The notes under the pieces: model-generated
Told to the model about the DNA's origin: nothing
The model's database searches: none
The model's input: the letters and a program-made list of their open reading frames with translations, nothing else
In this document: positions 1 to 9,580 of the stretch, piece after piece
Numbering within the stretch: position 1 is the first letter of the stretch
Layout: each line of letters begins with the position of its first letter
Source of the DNA: an uncultured Gemmatimonadales bacterium
GTDB taxonomy: Bacteria; Gemmatimonadota; Gemmatimonadetes; Longimicrobiales; RSA9
Direction of reading: 5' to 3'
Assembly (NCBI GenBank): GCA_963783305.1
Contig: CAWAMW010000012.1
Span: 32,973-96,972 of the forward strand
DNA: 64,000 bases
Translations under genes and position numbers: made by a program

Positions 1-47
1 CGGGCACGCTGGGCAAGGTCGCGCAGTGGCTGCGGGAGTTCTTTTGA
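1..47 (+). CDS. ftsA: 3' end of cell-division protein FtsA (partial; begins upstream of window)
   Basis: Frame 3 reads ...GTLGKVAQWLREFF* with stop TGA at 45-47. This is an amphipathic basic/aromatic tail like the FtsA membrane-targeting helix, and it lies directly upstream of ftsZ. Confidence 0.45.
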   Translation, partial: GTLGKVAQWLREFF

Positions 48-146
48 GGGCGGCCTTCGGCCGTGGGAGGCTCGCTGCGCTCGCGGAGGGTGGCCTTTGG
101 CCCCGGGGGGCTCGCTGCGCTCGCGGAGGGCGGCCTTCGGCCGCGG
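46..146. repeat. About 2.5 tandem copies of a 40-nt G-rich intergenic repeat (GAGGG at 46, 86 and 126; unit GGAGGG-YGGCCTTYGGCC-GGGRGG-CTCGCTGCGCTCGC)
   Basis: Direct reading. The unit contains a GGCC-TTY-GGCC hairpin and a GCTCGC direct repeat. The same word family recurs at 3002-3145, 4163-4250, 9363-9580 and 63133-63216. Confidence 0.8.
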
Positions 147-296
147 ACAAGACGGAAGCAGTGCCGGGGGGAGCGGACCGGCTGGCGATAGATGGTCGCG
201 GCAGGATGGGCGGCCGGATGGACAGGATGACATTGGATTTTGCACCGGGGTCCCCGGCGATGGTGCCGGCACTCCATCAACCCAGGGAGGGTTTCC

Positions 297-1631
297 ATGA
301 TGATCTTCGAGTTTGAGGAAGCGGCGGCGCAGAACGCGCGGATGAAGGTCGTCGGGATCGGCGGAGGTGGCGGGAACGCCGTGAACCGCATGATCGACGA
401 GGACCTGGACGGCGTCGAGTTCATCAGCGTGAACACGGACGCGCAGGCGCTCAAGCAGTCGAAATCGCAGCTCAAGATCCAGATCGGGAAGAAGCTCACC
501 CGGGGGCTCGGGGCGGGCGCGCGTCCGGAGATCGGGCGGCAGGCGATCGAGGAGAGCCGGGACGAGGTACGGCGCTCGATGGAGGGGGCGGACCTGGTGT
601 TCGTCACGGCCGGCATGGGCGGTGGGACCGGCACGGGCGCGGCACCGGTCATCGCAGAGATGGCGCGGGAGATGGGCGCGCTCACGATCGGTGTGGTGAC
701 GCGCCCGTTCATGTTCGAGGGTCGCAAGCGGATGCGGCAGGCGGAGCAGGGGCTACAGGAGCTCCGGCGGACGGCCGATACTGTGATCGTGGTGCCGAAC
801 GAGCGGCTGCTGAGCGTGGTGGGGAAGGGCACGTCCTTCCGGGACGCGCTGAAGAAGGCCGACGAGGTCCTGCTCCATGCGACGCGTGGGATCAGCGATC
901 TGATCCACGTGACCGGCGAGGTGAACGTTGATTTCGCCGACGTACGGACGGTCATGGCGAGCCGGGGCCCGGCTCTCATGGGCACCGGTCAGGGGCACGG
1001 GGAGAACCGGGCGGTAGACGCGGCGCAGGAAGCCATCTCCAGTCCGCTCCTCGACAACGTCTCGATCTCGGGCGCACAGGGTGTGTTGATCAACATCACG
1101 GGGGGCATGGACCTGACGATCGACGAGGTGACGACGATTGCGTCGATCATCCAGGAGGCGGCGGGCGAGGAAGCGGAGATCATTTTCGGTGCTGTGCATG
1201 CCCCGGATTGCGAGTCGGAGGTGCGCGTGACGGTGATCGCCACCGGCCTGATTACCGATGAGGAAGCCATGATGCCTCGCTCGAACGGCGTGCTGCGGCC
1301 GAGCTTCGCTCGCCCGGAACGCGCAATGGCCACGGCCCCGTCGGGCGGAAACGGCTACGGCGGCTTCAGCGGGTCGAAAGGGAACGGCGGTGGGAACGGC
1401 AGTGCGCCGACCCACGGCAACGGCAACGGCAACGGCCGTGCGAGCGGGTACGGTCGCGAGTCGGTCCAGAGCGCGCCGTCCATGAGCATGCGCTCGGCGC
1501 AGGCCGGCGGCTCTGGCGACCGGGAGTACGCGGAGGCGGTGCCGTTCCCCCGGCCGCCCGAGCGCCCCCTTGCGCGCAACCAGCTCACTGACCTAGACAT
1601 ACCGACATTCATTCGCCGACAGATGGACTGA
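297..1631 (+). CDS. ftsZ: Cell-division GTPase FtsZ
   Basis: [15 protein letters not shown] and [13 protein letters not shown] tubulin signatures. Gly/Asn-rich linker and conserved C-terminal peptide [14 protein letters not shown] at 297 is preceded by GGGAGG (285-290). The ORF-track start at 240 is an upstream extension. Confidence 0.95.
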   Translation: MMIFEFEEAAAQNARMKVVGIGGGGGNAVNRMIDEDLDGVEFISVNTDAQALKQSKSQLKIQIGKKLTRGLGAGARPEIGRQAIEESRDEVRRSMEGADLVFVTAGMGGGTGTGAAPVIAEMAREMGALTIGVVTRPFMFEGRKRMRQAEQGLQELRRTADTVIVVPNERLLSVVGKGTSFRDALKKADEVLLHATRGISDLIHVTGEVNVDFADVRTVMASRGPALMGTGQGHGENRAVDAAQEAISSPLLDNVSISGAQGVLINITGGMDLTIDEVTTIASIIQEAAGEEAEIIFGAVHAPDCESEVRVTVIATGLITDEEAMMPRSNGVLRPSFARPERAMATAPSGGNGYGGFSGSKGNGGGNGSAPTHGNGNGNGRASGYGRESVQSAPSMSMRSAQAGGSGDREYAEAVPFPRPPERPLARNQLTDLDIPTFIRRQMD

Positions 1632-1650
1632 CGGAGTCCCAGAGAAATCG

Positions 1651-2922
1651 ATGAAGATCCGAATCCGAGTGGCGCTGCTCGGCCTGCTGGCTTTGTTGGC
1701 CGTGGGTTTTGCGGTCGAGCAGCCAACCGTCGTCCTGGACCCGGCGGGCAACGCGCCGACGCTGAATCCGGTGTACGCCTCACCGGTGGAGGCGGTCGAA
1801 TCGCACGTGCTCCGCAGTGGGGAGAGTCTGTCGGAGGTGTTCGAGAGAGCGCATCTGGCCGGCTCGGATTTGAGCGGACTGGTCCTGTCGCTGCGGGAGT
1901 TCGTGGATCCCCGGCGAATCCTGCCGAACACTTCGGTGCAGGTCCGGCAATGGGCAAACAATGGCCGGCCGCGGGCGGTGGACGTGGTCCTGAACGCCGA
2001 CAGCACAATGCGGATGCATCGGCGGTCGGTGGGCTGGTACGGGGAGATCATGCTCACGCCGACGGTGGTGGATACGGTGGCGATCGGGGGCATGCTCGGG
2101 GCCGGTGGGAGCCTGTACTCGGCCGTGATCGGCCACCCCGGGCTCAAGCTGCCGCGGAAGGAGAAGGAGGCGCTGGTCTGGCAGCTGGCGCATATCTACG
2201 GGTGGGAGCTCGACTTCGCCCACGACATGCGCGCGGGGGACACGTACCGGGTGGTGTATGAGCGGGAGGCGCGCCCGGACGGAACTTCGCGCGCTGCGAA
2301 GGTGCTGGTGGCCGAGATCGTCACGCAAAGCCGGACTCTGCCGGCGGTCTTCTTCGACCCGCGCGGCGACGGCGGCGACTACTACAATGCGGAGGGGAAA
2401 TCGCTGAAGCTGGCGTTCCGCCGGTATCCGGTGGATTTCCCGCGGATCACCTCGAACTTCAACTGGCGGCGCTACCACCCCATCCTGAAGCGTGAACGAC
2501 CGCACCTGGGCACCGACTTCGGCACCGGCCGCGGCGCGCCCGTGCTGTCCACGGCGGACGGCGTGATCGCAGCGGCGGGATGGGATGGCGGCTATGGCAA
2601 CCTGGCCAGGATCAACCACGGAAACGGGTACGAGACGCGCTACGCGCACCTGAGCCGGTTCGCTCCAGGGATCCGTCGCGGGACCCGGGTGAAGCAGGGT
2701 CAGGTCATCGGCTACTCCGGGGACACCGGTCTGGCTACCGCGCCCCACCTGCATTACGAGATGCGGCATCACGGGAAGCCGGTGAATCCGCGCACGGTGC
2801 GGCTCCCCGCCGCCCCGCCGGTGCCGCCCGAGCACATGCCGATCTTCCGGACGCTCACGGCGCAGCGGGTGGCCCTGCTTCAGGCGCTGGACGTGTCGAT
2901 CACCGGCGCTCTCGCGGAGTAG
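1651..2922 (+). CDS. M23 family metallopeptidase (LytM/EnvC-like) with N-terminal membrane anchor and OapA/LysM-like region
   Basis: HLGTDFG...GYGNLARINHGNGYETRYAHLS...APHLHYEM M23 motifs. Hydrophobic N-terminus. Confidence 0.85.
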   Translation: MKIRIRVALLGLLALLAVGFAVEQPTVVLDPAGNAPTLNPVYASPVEAVESHVLRSGESLSEVFERAHLAGSDLSGLVLSLREFVDPRRILPNTSVQVRQWANNGRPRAVDVVLNADSTMRMHRRSVGWYGEIMLTPTVVDTVAIGGMLGAGGSLYSAVIGHPGLKLPRKEKEALVWQLAHIYGWELDFAHDMRAGDTYRVVYEREARPDGTSRAAKVLVAEIVTQSRTLPAVFFDPRGDGGDYYNAEGKSLKLAFRRYPVDFPRITSNFNWRRYHPILKRERPHLGTDFGTGRGAPVLSTADGVIAAAGWDGGYGNLARINHGNGYETRYAHLSRFAPGIRRGTRVKQGQVIGYSGDTGLATAPHLHYEMRHHGKPVNPRTVRLPAAPPVPPEHMPIFRTLTAQRVALLQALDVSITGALAE

Positions 2923-2953
2923 ACTTCAGCTCTTCCCGATCGGCCATGGACCG

Positions 2954-2997
2954 GAGCGCCCGGGTGTAGTAGACCTACCGGGGCGCTCTTGGTTTTT
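2954..2997 (+). terminator. Candidate intrinsic terminator after the M23 peptidase gene
   Basis: GAGCGCCCGGGTGTAG...CTACCGGGGCGCTC stem (one bulge) followed by TTGGTTTTT. Confidence 0.5.
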
Positions 2998-3001
2998 GTG
3001 G

Positions 3002-3145
3002 GGGTGGCTCGGCTGACGCCTCGCAGGGTGGCTCGGCTGACGCCTCGCAGGGTGGCTCGGCTTTGCCTCGCAGGGTGGCTCGGCTTTGCCTCGCAGGGTG
3101 GCTCGGCTTTGCCTCGCAGGGTGGCTCGGCTTTGGCCTCGCAGGG
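3002..3145. repeat. Tandem array of six head-to-tail copies of a 23-24 nt unit GGGTGGCTCGGCT(GAC/TTT)GCCTCGCA
   Basis: Direct reading. No spacers between units. Several spurious ORFs (e.g. 2975-3913 minus, and the 5' end of ORF 3086-4162) translate it as repeated AEPPCEA/GWLG peptides. Confidence 0.9.
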
Positions 3146-3178
3146 GTTAGGTTGGAGGTGGGGTGGAGGGGAGAGGCG

Positions 3179-4162
3179 GTGGGAGCGCTGTCGGGGACGA
3201 TGAAACGGGGAAGGAATCGAGGTAGAGTGGCCAAGGGAAGACTGTTCAGGACGGGTGAGGAAAGGAAGAGCCTCTGGCAGCGCGTGAAGGACGTGGCGCT
3301 CACGGATGTGGGCGTGGTCATGCGGGGCGGGCTGGACCACGATTCGCTGGAGCGGCTGGAAGAGCTGCTGCTGGCGAATGACTTCGGGGTGAAGGCCACG
3401 CTTCGGCTCGTGGACCACGTGGAGAACCTGACGCGGACAGGGAAGGTGGCGACGGAGGCGGAGCTCCGGGGGGCTGTGGAGGACGAAATCCACCGGATCC
3501 TCGTCGCCGGCCAGTCCGAGGCCGAGCTCCACCTGCCGCCCCGGGGTGAGCTGGCTGTCGTGCTGGTGGTGGGCGTGAACGGAGTCGGGAAGACCACGAC
3601 CATCGGGAAGCTGGCTCGACGGCTTGGGCGCGAGCGGGATCGGATCCTCCTGGCCGCCGGCGACACGTTCCGGGCGGGCGCCATTGACCAGCTGCGGATC
3701 TGGGCGGAGCGGTCGGCGACGGAGTTCGTGGGCGCGCACCCGGGAGCCGACCCGGCCTCCGTCGCGTTCGATGCCGTCGATGCCGCGCGGGCGCGTGGCT
3801 GCGACACGCTCATCGTGGATACCGCGGGCCGGCTGCATACGCAGGGCGACCTGATGCAGGAACTGTCGAAGGTCGGCCGGGTGATTGCCCGGAAGGTGGA
3901 GGGCGGACCGCACGAGACGCTGCTGGTCCTCGATGCCACCGTGGGCCAGAACGCGCTCCGCCAGGCGCAGCAGTTCAACGACGCGCTGGAGCTCACCGGG
4001 ATCGTGCTCGCCAAGCTGGACAGCACGGCGAAGGGCGGTGTGATCGTGGCGCTGAAGGAGGAGCTGGATCTGCCGGTGAAGCTGGTGGGGACAGGGGAGG
4101 GCCTGGACGACCTGGAGCCGTTCGACGCGAGGCAGTTCAGCCGGGATGTGCTGGAGGGGTAG
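3179..4162 (+). CDS. ftsY: Signal recognition particle receptor FtsY (short form)
   Basis: GVNGVGKTTTIGKLA P-loop, DTAGRLH, LAKLDSTAKGG. Start is uncertain: GTG 3179 sits 8 nt after GGAGGG, ATG 3200 is the alternative. ORF-track start 3086 lies inside the repeat array. Confidence 0.88.
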   Translation: MGALSGTMKRGRNRGRVAKGRLFRTGEERKSLWQRVKDVALTDVGVVMRGGLDHDSLERLEELLLANDFGVKATLRLVDHVENLTRTGKVATEAELRGAVEDEIHRILVAGQSEAELHLPPRGELAVVLVVGVNGVGKTTTIGKLARRLGRERDRILLAAGDTFRAGAIDQLRIWAERSATEFVGAHPGADPASVAFDAVDAARARGCDTLIVDTAGRLHTQGDLMQELSKVGRVIARKVEGGPHETLLVLDATVGQNALRQAQQFNDALELTGIVLAKLDSTAKGGVIVALKEELDLPVKLVGTGEGLDDLEPFDARQFSRDVLEG

Positions 4163-4250
4163 GGCCGGCCTGAGGCCGGCGGGAGGGCGCGCTTTGCGCG
4201 CGGGGCGCTCGCTTCGCTCGCGGGAGGGCGCGCTCCGCGCGCGGGGGGCC
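4163..4250. repeat. GC-rich hairpin repeat cluster with 41-nt period (GGGAGGGCGCGC-TTTG/TCCG-CGCGCGGGG + CGCTCGCTTCGCTCGC)
   Basis: GGGAGGGCGCGC occurs at 4181 and 4222. It is preceded by the hairpin GCCGGCC-TGA-GGCCGGC immediately after the ftsY stop. Same family as 46-146. Confidence 0.75.
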
Positions 4251-4266
4251 CTCTTGCCGCACCTCT

Positions 4267-6393
4267 TTGCTGCGGGGGGGGCCGCGATGGGGTGCGTGCG
4301 CCGTGACTGGTAACGCGTTTCTGCTCGATCGGCCCGCCCAGTACCTGAAGGGGGTGGGACCGCGACGGGCGGAGCAGCTGGATCGGTTGGGGATCCGGTC
4401 GTCGAGGGACCTGGTGCTGCACGTGCCGCGTCGCTACGAGGACGCGAGCACGGTGGCGCCGATCTCGTCGCTGGAGGTGGGCATGGACACCACCGTCATC
4501 GGGGAGGTGGTGAGCAAGGGCGTGCTGCCCACGCGGAAGGGGCTGCGGATCTTCCAGGCGGTGATCCGGGACGCCAGCGGGCTGATCGAGTGCTCATGGC
4601 CGGGGCAGCCGTTTCTCGACCGGAGCATCCAGAAGGGGGACCGGCTGCTGGTCACCGGACCCGTGCGCTTCTTCCACGGCCGGCAGGTCCAGCCGAGGGA
4701 GCACGTGGTGCTCGACTCCGGCGATGTTCCGGGCGAGGCGGGGCGAGTGCTTCCCCTTTATCCCTCCACCGAGGGGCTATCCCAGCGGATCCTCCGGAAT
4801 ATCCTGGATGCCAACCTGGACCGCTTGCTGCCGCTGTTCGATGACCAGGAGCCATTTCCACCAGAGCACCTGGAGCGCGTAGGGGTGCCGCAGCTCCGGC
4901 GGGCACTGGAGTCGCTTCACCGGCCGCCATCGATCGCGGCGGCGGAGGAGGGGCGGCGGCGACTGGCGTACGGGGAGCTGTTCTTCGTGCAGCTGCTCCA
5001 CGCGCGTGCCCACCACCTGGCGACGGCGGAGCGGGAGGGGATCCGGTTCGAGCGCACGAACGAGCTCCTGCGGCCGTTCCACGAGTCGCTACCGTATGAG
5101 CTGACGGAGGCGCAGAAGCGAGTCGTCCGGGAGATCGTCGGGGACATGACGTCGGGGCGGCGGATGAACCGGCTGCTCCAGGGCGATGTGGGATCCGGGA
5201 AGACGGTCGTGGCGGTGCTGGCCATGCTGCTGGCGGCGGAGTCCGGGTACCAGGCGGCGTTGATGGCCCCGACGGAGCTGCTGGCGGAGCAGCATGATCG
5301 GAACGTGCGGGAGATGGTGGAGGGGCTGGGGCTGAACGTCGTGCTGCTCGTGGGGCGGCAGGGTGGATCTGAGCGTGCGGCCGCACGCTCGGCGGTGGCG
5401 AGCGGCGCCGCGCGGCTGGTGATCGGGACGCACGCGCTGATCCAGGAGGGGGTGGAGTTCAGGCGTCTGGGTCTGGTGGTGGTGGACGAGCAGCATCGCT
5501 TCGGAGTCCGGCAGCGCATGGCGCTGGCGGAGCGCGGGTCGGGAGGCGCCGAGCCTGACGTGCTGGTGATGAGCGCGACGCCGATTCCGCGCTCGCTGGC
5601 GCTGACGCTGTACGGCGACCTGGACGTGAGCGTCATGGACGAGCGCCCGCCGGGTCGCCAACCGGTGAGGACGGCGCTCCGGGACGATCGGACCGCGTCG
5701 AAGGTGTGGGAGTTCATCCGCGAGCAGGCGGTGGCGGGGCGGCAGGCGTACGTGGTCTACCCGCTGGTCGAGGAGTCGGAAAAGGTGGACCTGAAGGCTG
5801 CCACGGCCGAGTACGAAAAGCTGTCGACGGAGGTCTTTCCGGAGCTGCGGGTGGGGCTGATGCACGGCCAGATGCCGGGGCAGGAGAAGGACGCGGTGAT
5901 GCGATCCTTCGTGACGGGAGAGACGCAGGTGCTCGTCTCCACCACGGTCATCGAGGTGGGCATCGACGTGCCGAACGCCACGGTCATGGTGATCGAGCAC
6001 GCCGAGCGGTTCGGGCTCTCACAGCTCCACCAGCTCCGGGGCCGCATCGGCCGCGGCGCCGAGGAGAGCTTCTGTGTGCTGATCGCGGGTGGCGGCCCCG
6101 ACTCCATGGAGCGGCTCCGGGTCCTCACGGAGACCGACGACGGGTTCGAGATCGCGCGGGCCGACCTCAGGCTCCGCGGGATGGGCGATCTTTTCGGCGC
6201 CAAGCAGCACGGTCTTCCAGACTTCCGCTTCTTCGACCCGGAGCGCGATGAGGCGCTGCTCCTCACCGCCCGGAACGAGGCGTGGCGAGTCGTGCAGTCC
6301 GATCCGGAACTACGGCAGCCGGAGCACGCCCGCTACCGCGACGAGCTGGTGCAGCGTCACGGTGAGCGGGCGAAGATGTACGAGATCGGCTGA
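4267..6393 (+). CDS. recG: ATP-dependent DNA helicase RecG
   Basis: N-terminal wedge/OB region ([13 protein letters not shown]...RYED), GDVGSGKT Walker [10 protein letters not shown], and helicase C motif [12 protein letters not shown]. Start is uncertain (TTG 4267 or GTG 4303). Confidence 0.9.
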   Translation: MLRGGPRWGACAVTGNAFLLDRPAQYLKGVGPRRAEQLDRLGIRSSRDLVLHVPRRYEDASTVAPISSLEVGMDTTVIGEVVSKGVLPTRKGLRIFQAVIRDASGLIECSWPGQPFLDRSIQKGDRLLVTGPVRFFHGRQVQPREHVVLDSGDVPGEAGRVLPLYPSTEGLSQRILRNILDANLDRLLPLFDDQEPFPPEHLERVGVPQLRRALESLHRPPSIAAAEEGRRRLAYGELFFVQLLHARAHHLATAEREGIRFERTNELLRPFHESLPYELTEAQKRVVREIVGDMTSGRRMNRLLQGDVGSGKTVVAVLAMLLAAESGYQAALMAPTELLAEQHDRNVREMVEGLGLNVVLLVGRQGGSERAAARSAVASGAARLVIGTHALIQEGVEFRRLGLVVVDEQHRFGVRQRMALAERGSGGAEPDVLVMSATPIPRSLALTLYGDLDVSVMDERPPGRQPVRTALRDDRTASKVWEFIREQAVAGRQAYVVYPLVEESEKVDLKAATAEYEKLSTEVFPELRVGLMHGQMPGQEKDAVMRSFVTGETQVLVSTTVIEVGIDVPNATVMVIEHAERFGLSQLHQLRGRIGRGAEESFCVLIAGGGPDSMERLRVLTETDDGFEIARADLRLRGMGDLFGAKQHGLPDFRFFDPERDEALLLTARNEAWRVVQSDPELRQPEHARYRDELVQRHGERAKMYEIG

Positions 6394-7920
6394 TCAGCCG
6401 CCGCCGAGCATCTCCCGGACGCGGGCGCGGCCCTCCTCCGTCCACTCCGGCGCCGCAGCACTGCTGGCAATGGAGCGCGCCAGGTAGAACGCCAGCCGGG
6501 TGACGCGCGCGGCCTTGTCCGTGTCGATCGCCGCCGGCTCGTCCGACGGCTTGTGGTAGTCGTCGTGCTCGCCGGTGGTGAAGAAGACGGCCGGGATGCC
6601 GCGCTGGATGAACGGCAGCTGGTCGCTCCGGAAGAAGTACATTTCCTCCGGCTTCGGATCGAGGATGACGGTGAGGCCCAGCTCCGGGTGCTCCGCCAGG
6701 ATCTGCTGGAGGGTTCCCTCGATGGTGGTGTACTCCTGGCCGATCCCGATCAGCGTGTCCGGAAGAGGATCCCGCCCGACCATGTCCATGTTGATATTGG
6801 CCACGACCGCGCTCAGGTCGAGGGTGGGGTTCTCGACCCACGCCGCCGAGCCCAGCAGCCCTTTCTCCTCGCCGCTCACCAGCAGGAAGACGACCGACCG
6901 CGCCGGTGGCGTCTCCAGTGCCGCGAACGCTTCCGCCAGCTCGAGCACTGCGGCGGTGCCGGACGCGTCGTCATCGGCGCCGTTGAAGATGGAGTCGCCG
7001 GTCTCATCCGGGGCCCCGACGCCGACGTGGTCGAAGTGGGCCGTGATGACGATGTAGGTGTCGCTGAGCGCCGGATCGGAGCCGCGGAGCATCCCGACCA
7101 CGTTCGGCGGCCGCTGAGTCGCCTGGGTCCGCTCCCCGGAGATGACCAGCGGCCGCTCTCCGAGGGCCACGCTCTCGCCGGCGGCCTGGAGCGACGCGAG
7201 GTCGTGGCCGAGGTCGGCGATGAGCCGGCTCCCGGCGTCGTGGGTGATCCCGACCACCGCGATGGGCGCCTGCTGCTGTGCGGTGGTGGGGGCGAGCTGG
7301 GCCACGGCGTCGGCGGGGAACCCGGGCGCCATGATGATCACCACTCCGGCCGCGCCGCTCATCATGGCGGGCTGCAGCGAGGCCATCAGCCGCTGCTGCC
7401 ACTCCTGATTGAGCTCCGTGCCCGGGTGCTGGTAGACGAGCACGGCGCCGCGGGCGTCGGCGGAGGGAGCCGTGGCCTCGCCGGCGATCCCCATGTACCG
7501 GACCGGCGCTTCGACGGGCTGTGGTGGTGGGACCATGAAGTAGTCCACGCCATAGACCGGCTCGGTGTCGGTGCCGGCCACGTGAACGGTGGTCTGCTCC
7601 GGCACGAGCGTGGTGATCGTGAGATCGTAGCGATCGATGAAGGTGCCATCCTCGCCGGCGGGCTCGATACCGGCCGTGCGGAGCTGGCTCGCCAGGTAGG
7701 TCGCGGCCTGCTCGAGCTCGGGGCTCGGGGTGTCGCGTCCCGCCATGGAATCATGGGCGAGGACGCCGATCTTCTGGCCGATGTCCTCGGCGGTGATGGT
7801 CATGGCGGCGGCGCGGAGGCCGTCTTCCGGAGCGGGCGCAGCGGGCGCGGAGACGCCACATCCGGCCAGGGCGGGAATGAGGAGGACCGCGAGGTGCGGC
7901 CGGCGGATGGCGGATATCAT
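6394..7920 (-). CDS. M28 family aminopeptidase lipoprotein with PA-like insert
   Basis: Lipobox LIPALAGC. M28 motifs TAHFDHVG...GADDDASGTAAVLE...SGEEKGLLGS...NMDMVG...HKPSD. ATG at 7920; the ORF-track 5' extension to 8421 has no protein-like sequence. Confidence 0.8.
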   Translation of the reverse strand: MISAIRRPHLAVLLIPALAGCGVSAPAAPAPEDGLRAAAMTITAEDIGQKIGVLAHDSMAGRDTPSPELEQAATYLASQLRTAGIEPAGEDGTFIDRYDLTITTLVPEQTTVHVAGTDTEPVYGVDYFMVPPPQPVEAPVRYMGIAGEATAPSADARGAVLVYQHPGTELNQEWQQRLMASLQPAMMSGAAGVVIIMAPGFPADAVAQLAPTTAQQQAPIAVVGITHDAGSRLIADLGHDLASLQAAGESVALGERPLVISGERTQATQRPPNVVGMLRGSDPALSDTYIVITAHFDHVGVGAPDETGDSIFNGADDDASGTAAVLELAEAFAALETPPARSVVFLLVSGEEKGLLGSAAWVENPTLDLSAVVANINMDMVGRDPLPDTLIGIGQEYTTIEGTLQQILAEHPELGLTVILDPKPEEMYFFRSDQLPFIQRGIPAVFFTTGEHDDYHKPSDEPAAIDTDKAARVTRLAFYLARSIASSAAAPEWTEEGRARVREMLGGG

Positions 7921-8065
7921 GGAGCGTCTCCGGATTTCTAAGGATCGGGTGCACGAGCGTGTCGACGTTACCAGATGTCGGGGGCGCGGACAACGCCCCA
8001 CGTTGACGACGGCCGCCCGGGCGGCGCATCTTGCCGGTCCTTCTGGAGCGGAACAGTGAGAGGCG

Positions 8066-9364
8066 ATGTCGAGCATGGTCGAGGTGCGGGACCTGAAGGA
8101 GCACGTGGGGGCGGAGGTCACCATCGCGGGGTGGGTGGAGACCACGCGGTCGCACGGCAAGGTCGGTTTCGTCGTGGTACGGGACGGGACGGGCGTCGTG
8201 CAGTGCGTGGTGCTGAAGAAGGCGGTGGGCGACGAGACGTGGGAGGTTTTCTCCGGGCTCACGCAGGAGACGACGGTGCGGATCACCGGCGGCGTCCAGC
8301 AGGACGACCGGGCGCCCGGCGGCTTCGAGCTGACGCTCTCGGCCCTCGAGGTCATTTCCGCGCCCGTGGAGGAATACCCGATCCAGCCGAAAGAGCACGG
8401 CGTCGAGTTCCTGCTGGACAACCGCCACCTGTGGCTCCGGAGCGCGCAGCAGCGCGCCGGGCTCAGGATCCGCGACGAGGTGGAGAAGGGGATCCACGAC
8501 TTCTTCTACGACCGCGGCTTCGTCCGCATCGACACGCCCATCCTCTCGGGCGCCATCGGGGAGAGCGCGGGCACCCTGTTCGAGACCGACTACTTCGGCG
8601 AGAAAGCCTACCTCGCGCAGACGGGCCAGCTGTACGTGGAAGCGGCGGCGGCGGCGTTCCGGAAGGTGTACTGCTTCGGGCCCACGTTCCGGGCGGAGAA
8701 GTCGAAGACGCGGCGGCACCTGACGGAGTTCTGGATGGTGGAGCCGGAGGTGGCGTTCGCCGACTCCGATGACAACATGCGTCTCCAGGAGCAGTTCGTT
8801 TCCTACCTGGTGCAGCGCGCCGTGGAAAACTGCACCGGGGAGCTGGCGGTCCTGGAGCGGGACCCGAAGGCGCTGGAGAACGTGAAGCCGCCGTTCCCGC
8901 GAGTGAGCTACACGGAGGCGGTGGAGTTCCTCCGGAAGGAGGGTCACGAGATCGAGTGGGGCGACGACCTCGGGGCGCCGCACGAGGCGGCGATCAGCGC
9001 CCAGTACGACCGCCCGGTCTTCGTCTACAACTACCCGAAGGAGGCGAAGGCCTTCTACATGAAGGAGAACCCGGAGGATCCGCGCACGGTGCTGTGCGAT
9101 GACCTCCTGGCGCCGGAAGGGTACGGGGAGATCATCGGCGGGAGCCAGCGCGAGGACGACTACCACAAGCTGGTGGAGCGGATCCGGGAGGAAGGGCTGC
9201 CGCGTGAGCCCTACGAGTGGTACCTGGATCTCCGGAAGTACGGCGGGTTCCCCCACTCGGGCTTCGGCCTCGGCCTGGAGCGGACCGTGGCGTGGATCAC
9301 CGGCAAGCGACACATCCGTGAGTTCATTCCGTTCCCGAGGATGATCAACCGGCTGTATCCGTAG
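8066..9364 (+). CDS. asnS: Asparagine--tRNA ligase
   Basis: 432 aa with an N-terminal OB fold. Class II motifs FGPTFRAEKSKTRRHLTEFWMVEPEVAF and GGFPHSGFGLGLERTV. Confidence 0.85.
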   Translation: MSSMVEVRDLKEHVGAEVTIAGWVETTRSHGKVGFVVVRDGTGVVQCVVLKKAVGDETWEVFSGLTQETTVRITGGVQQDDRAPGGFELTLSALEVISAPVEEYPIQPKEHGVEFLLDNRHLWLRSAQQRAGLRIRDEVEKGIHDFFYDRGFVRIDTPILSGAIGESAGTLFETDYFGEKAYLAQTGQLYVEAAAAAFRKVYCFGPTFRAEKSKTRRHLTEFWMVEPEVAFADSDDNMRLQEQFVSYLVQRAVENCTGELAVLERDPKALENVKPPFPRVSYTEAVEFLRKEGHEIEWGDDLGAPHEAAISAQYDRPVFVYNYPKEAKAFYMKENPEDPRTVLCDDLLAPEGYGEIIGGSQREDDYHKLVERIREEGLPREPYEWYLDLRKYGGFPHSGFGLGLERTVAWITGKRHIREFIPFPRMINRLYP

Positions 9365-9580
9365 GGTGGCGAGGCCGCTTCGCGGCCTCGCAGGGTGGCC
9401 GCTTCGCGGCAGGGTGGCTCGGCGTTGCCTCGCAGGGTGGCTCGGCCTTCGGCCTCGCAGGGTGGCCGCTTCGCGGCAGGGTGGCTCGGCCTTCGGCCTC
9501 GCAGGGTGGCCGCTTCGCGGCAGGGTGGCTCGGCCTCTGGCCTCGCAGAGTGGCTGCTTCGCGGGCAGGGTGGCCGGCTT
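9363..9580. repeat. Composite tandem array (about 10 AGGGTGGC-anchored units) filling the asnS/MATE convergent spacer
   Basis: Two unit types are interleaved. One is AGGGTGGCCGCTTCGCGGC (GCCGC-TTC-GCGGC hairpin). The other is AGGGTGGCTCGGCCTTCGGCCTCGC (GGCC-TTC-GGCC hairpin). Related to the 3002-3145 unit. Confidence 0.85.

Noticed and set aside
3002-3145. Tandem 23-24 nt repeats (also 9363-9580) could be mistaken for a CRISPR array.
   Set aside because: Units abut directly with no unique spacers. Unit length and period are too short. No cas genes are in the window. The repeats belong to a dispersed intergenic family.
2926-4422. Long ORFs overlapping recognisable genes on the opposite strand or in another frame: 2926-4422(-), 7751-9775(-), 9481-11523(+), 11849-14392(-), 17153-19450(+), 25299-27992(-), 33861-36698(+), 46169-47971(-), 61229-63313(-).
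   Set aside because: Their translations are Arg/Pro/Gly/Ala-rich with no motifs. Each is fully shadowed by a gene with clear family signatures. This is the typical open-frame artefact of very high GC content.
6394-8421. Very long 5' extensions in ORF-track models (6394-8421, 45783-47009, 47203-49182, 42920-44041, 36452-37507, 28854-30122, 15215-17026, 9580-11277).
   Set aside because: Recognisable protein sequence begins at an internal start, often with a signal peptide or an RBS. The upstream part overlaps neighbouring genes or repeats. The models were trimmed accordingly.
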